DNA of 64,000 nucleotides from a bacterium (GTDB lineage Bacteria; Auribacterota; UBA3054): NCBI GenBank assembly GCA_017650925.1, contig JAGCDY010000085.1, positions 174 to 64,173 of the forward strand, read 5' to 3'. Shown piece by piece: positions 62,217 to 64,000 of this stretch (position 1 is its first letter; each line of letters starts with the position of its first letter). The notes under the pieces were generated by a model. It saw only the letters and a program-made list of their open reading frames with translations, ran no database searches and was not told where the DNA came from. The position numbers and the translations under genes were made by a program.

Positions 62217-63470
62217 ATGAAAAGTGATCCTGGCATACTCATAAAAGGCGCCGTGAGATTCGGCGAAGTTGTCGACGTTAGGATTAGAGACGGCTTTTTC
62301 AGCGAGATCGCCCCAAATCTCTCTCCCCTTCCGGGGGAAAACGTCCTGGAAGCGCGCGGCATGGCGATCGTCCCCGCCTTCTACAATCTTCACGGGCACG
62401 CGGCCATGAGCCTCATGCGCGGCTACGCCGACGACATGGAACTCTTCAAGTGGCTGAACGAATACGTCTGGCCCTTCGAAGCCAAAATGACCGGCGAAGA
62501 CATCTACAACGGGACGCGGCTGGCGATCCTGGAGATGATCAAAAGCGGCACCGTCCACTTCGAGGACATGTACTGGTTCCCCTTCGACGCCGCCAGGGCC
62601 GCCAAGGAAATGGGAATAAGGGCGCGCATCGGCCTTCTTACTTTGAGCAACAACAGCAACGCCAACAAGCTCAACAGGGAGTGTCTGGAAAGGATCGACG
62701 AGTTCAGAGGCAGAGTCAAGATCGCCTACTCCCCCCACGCCGTCTACACGGTGAACGAAAAAACCTTGCGCGAGGTCGTCGAGACCAGCGAAAGATTCAG
62801 GCTTAACATCCATATCCACTGCTCCGAGACCGAAAAGGAAGTCGCCGACTGCATCGGTGAGCACGGCCTCACTCCCACGGCCTGGCTAATGAAGCTCGGG
62901 ATCCTTAGGGAAAACACGCTCCTCGCCCACTGCGTCCATCTGACCGACGAGGATATCGACCTTATAGCGGAAAGCGGATCGGTCGCGGTGCACGTTCCCC
63001 TTTCGAACCTTAAGCTCGCTTCCGGCGTCTTCCCTTACGCGAGAATAAAAGAGCGCGGCGCAAAAGTGGCTCTGGGGACCGACGGCTGCTGCTCCAGCAA
63101 CGACCTTTCGATGTTCGGCGTGATGCGCGGGGCCGCTTATTTAGCCAAGGGTTTCCACAATGACACGACGATCGCCCCGGCCAGCGAGATCTTTTCCTTC
63201 GCCACGCGCCAGGGCGCCCTGGCCGCGGGAGTCGACGGCGGTTTCGTAGAAGTTGGGAAAGCGGCGGACTGCCTTCTTATAAACACTGACATCCCTTGCC
63301 TGGTCCCGAATTACAGCCTCGTGTCGAACCTTGTCTACTCGGCCAGCCCGGAGTGCGTGGACACCGTCATCTGCGACGGCAGGATCATCATGAAAGGGAG
63401 AAAAGTGGAAGGCGAAGAGGAGATCATCGCCAAGGCTAGGGAAAGCGTAAAGAGGCTTGCCGGACGTTAA
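62217..63470 (+). CDS. mtaD: Amidohydrolase, 5-methylthioadenosine/S-adenosylhomocysteine deaminase-like (MtaD family)
   Basis: ..NLHGHAAMSLMRGYADDM.L..WL, HCSET..E and GTDG..SN motifs. I start it at the ATG at 62217 rather than the ORF-track TTG at 62142, whose first 25 codons cross the fhs promoter region. Confidence 0.75.
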   Translation: MKSDPGILIKGAVRFGEVVDVRIRDGFFSEIAPNLSPLPGENVLEARGMAIVPAFYNLHGHAAMSLMRGYADDMELFKWLNEYVWPFEAKMTGEDIYNGTRLAILEMIKSGTVHFEDMYWFPFDAARAAKEMGIRARIGLLTLSNNSNANKLNRECLERIDEFRGRVKIAYSPHAVYTVNEKTLREVVETSERFRLNIHIHCSETEKEVADCIGEHGLTPTAWLMKLGILRENTLLAHCVHLTDEDIDLIAESGSVAVHVPLSNLKLASGVFPYARIKERGAKVALGTDGCCSSNDLSMFGVMRGAAYLAKGFHNDTTIAPASEIFSFATRQGALAAGVDGGFVEVGKAADCLLINTDIPCLVPNYSLVSNLVYSASPECVDTVICDGRIIMKGRKVEGEEEIIAKARESVKRLAGR

Positions 63471-63553
63471 CAGGTGCGGTACCAGTAGACCAGCATCAGA
63501 GCCAGCAAAAGAAGCGCGGAAACGTTCAGGGCGTTCCAGACTACCATAATCGT

Positions 63554-64000
63554 TCAGATCCCTTTATTGTAGTTTTTATAGACGCGTTCCAAAAAGCGCG
63601 CTACGAGTTGTTCGTATTTATTATAGTCAATTAGGAAACCGTCGTGGCCTTTTTCGCTGTCGACCTCGTTGAATTCGACCATTTTCCCCTGCCGGCGCAG
63701 GGCTTCCGCCACTTCGCCGCATTCTTTCGTCGGGAAGAGCCAGTCGGTCCTGAAGCTTAGCATCAGGGTCAGACATTTGAAATTGGCGACGGCGTCGTCC
63801 AGCGTTTCGCCGGGCCTTACGAGATCGTAGTCGTCCAGGGCTTCCGTGATGTAGATGTAGGAGTTGGCGTCAAAGCGCTTCACAAACGAGTTGCCCTGAT
63901 GCTCGAGGTAGCTCTCGACCTCGAACTGGTCGGTCGTCCTGCCGTTCCGCTGCTGTTTCCTGCGGCCGAACTTGGCGCGCATGGATTGCTGCGAAAGGTA
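63554..64000 (-). CDS. metX: Homoserine O-acetyltransferase, C-terminal part (5' end outside the window)
   Basis: The frame stays open to nt 64000 (..YLSQQSMRAKFGR..). The C-terminus contains SDWLFP-like TDWLFP and ..S.KGHDGFL.., as in MetX/MetXA. Confidence 0.8.
   Translation of the reverse strand, partial: YLSQQSMRAKFGRRKQQRNGRTTDQFEVESYLEHQGNSFVKRFDANSYIYITEALDDYDLVRPGETLDDAVANFKCLTLMLSFRTDWLFPTKECGEVAEALRRQGKMVEFNEVDSEKGHDGFLIDYNKYEQLVARFLERVYKNYNKGI

Noticed and set aside
63467-63547. A 26-aa hydrophobic ORF (MVVWNALNVSALLLLALMLVYWYRTC) on the - strand between metX and mtaD.
   Set aside because: It is plausible as a small membrane peptide, but there is no SD. It is too short to evaluate by composition, and its stop overlaps the mtaD stop. 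It is not supportable without expression or conservation data.

Overview
Dense, almost gap-free bacterial chromosomal window with about 50 protein genes and 2 tRNAs. I saw no rRNA, CRISPR array or recognisable mobile element. The sequence looks GC-rich by eye (not computed), which explains the many long antisense shadow ORFs in the six-frame track. Gene content points to a diderm strict anaerobe: LPS heptosyltransferase, OmpA-like and AsmA-like proteins, lipoboxes and PEP-CTERM signals on one side, and [FeFe]-hydrogenase, clostridial ferredoxin and formate-THF ligase on the other. I cannot assign a taxon.

Layout:
(i) 1-15.4 kb, + strand. An operon-like array of three giant paralogous secreted proteins, the first cut by the window edge. 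Each has a reprolysin-like metzincin domain, LamG-like, FN3, PKD/Ig-like and carboxypeptidase-regulatory-like domains, and a PEP-CTERM anchor. A secreted esterase is interleaved, followed by OsmC and two GT-C-type (TMEM260-like and TMTC-like) membrane glycosyltransferases.
(ii) 15.4-39.3 kb, - strand. A long run of tightly coupled genes mixing envelope and glycan functions (GT4 x2, O-antigen-ligase-like, flippase, OmpA-like, YqaA, AsmA-like, a third TMTC-like gene, a GH63-like hydrolase) with housekeeping genes (tRNA-Glu, ferredoxin, lepA, aspS, dnaX, ridA, ilvA).
(iii) 39.4-48.8 kb. nfu-like gene, heptosyltransferase, dapB, UDP-xylose synthase with a sugar dehydrogenase, a flippase, an orphan 696-aa secreted protein and a beta-helix lipoprotein.
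(iv) 48.9-57.0 kb, - strand. A ten-gene hydC...hydB-hydA electron-bifurcating-type [FeFe]-hydrogenase operon. It carries an embedded sensory-hydrogenase / kinase / DRTGG / PHP / GHKL module.
(v) 57.1-64 kb. tRNA-His, an rmlD-like gene, folC, rmuC, fhs, mtaD and partial metX.

Best candidates for something new:
- The giant-protease, esterase and GT-C array, possibly an exosortase-sorted and perhaps O-glycosylated surface protease/adhesin battery.
- The regulatory module inside the hydrogenase operon, which has no DNA-binding output.
- A non-canonical H-cluster L1 motif (TSCSPGW) in HydA.

All family assignments come from motif recognition by eye. No database search was run.
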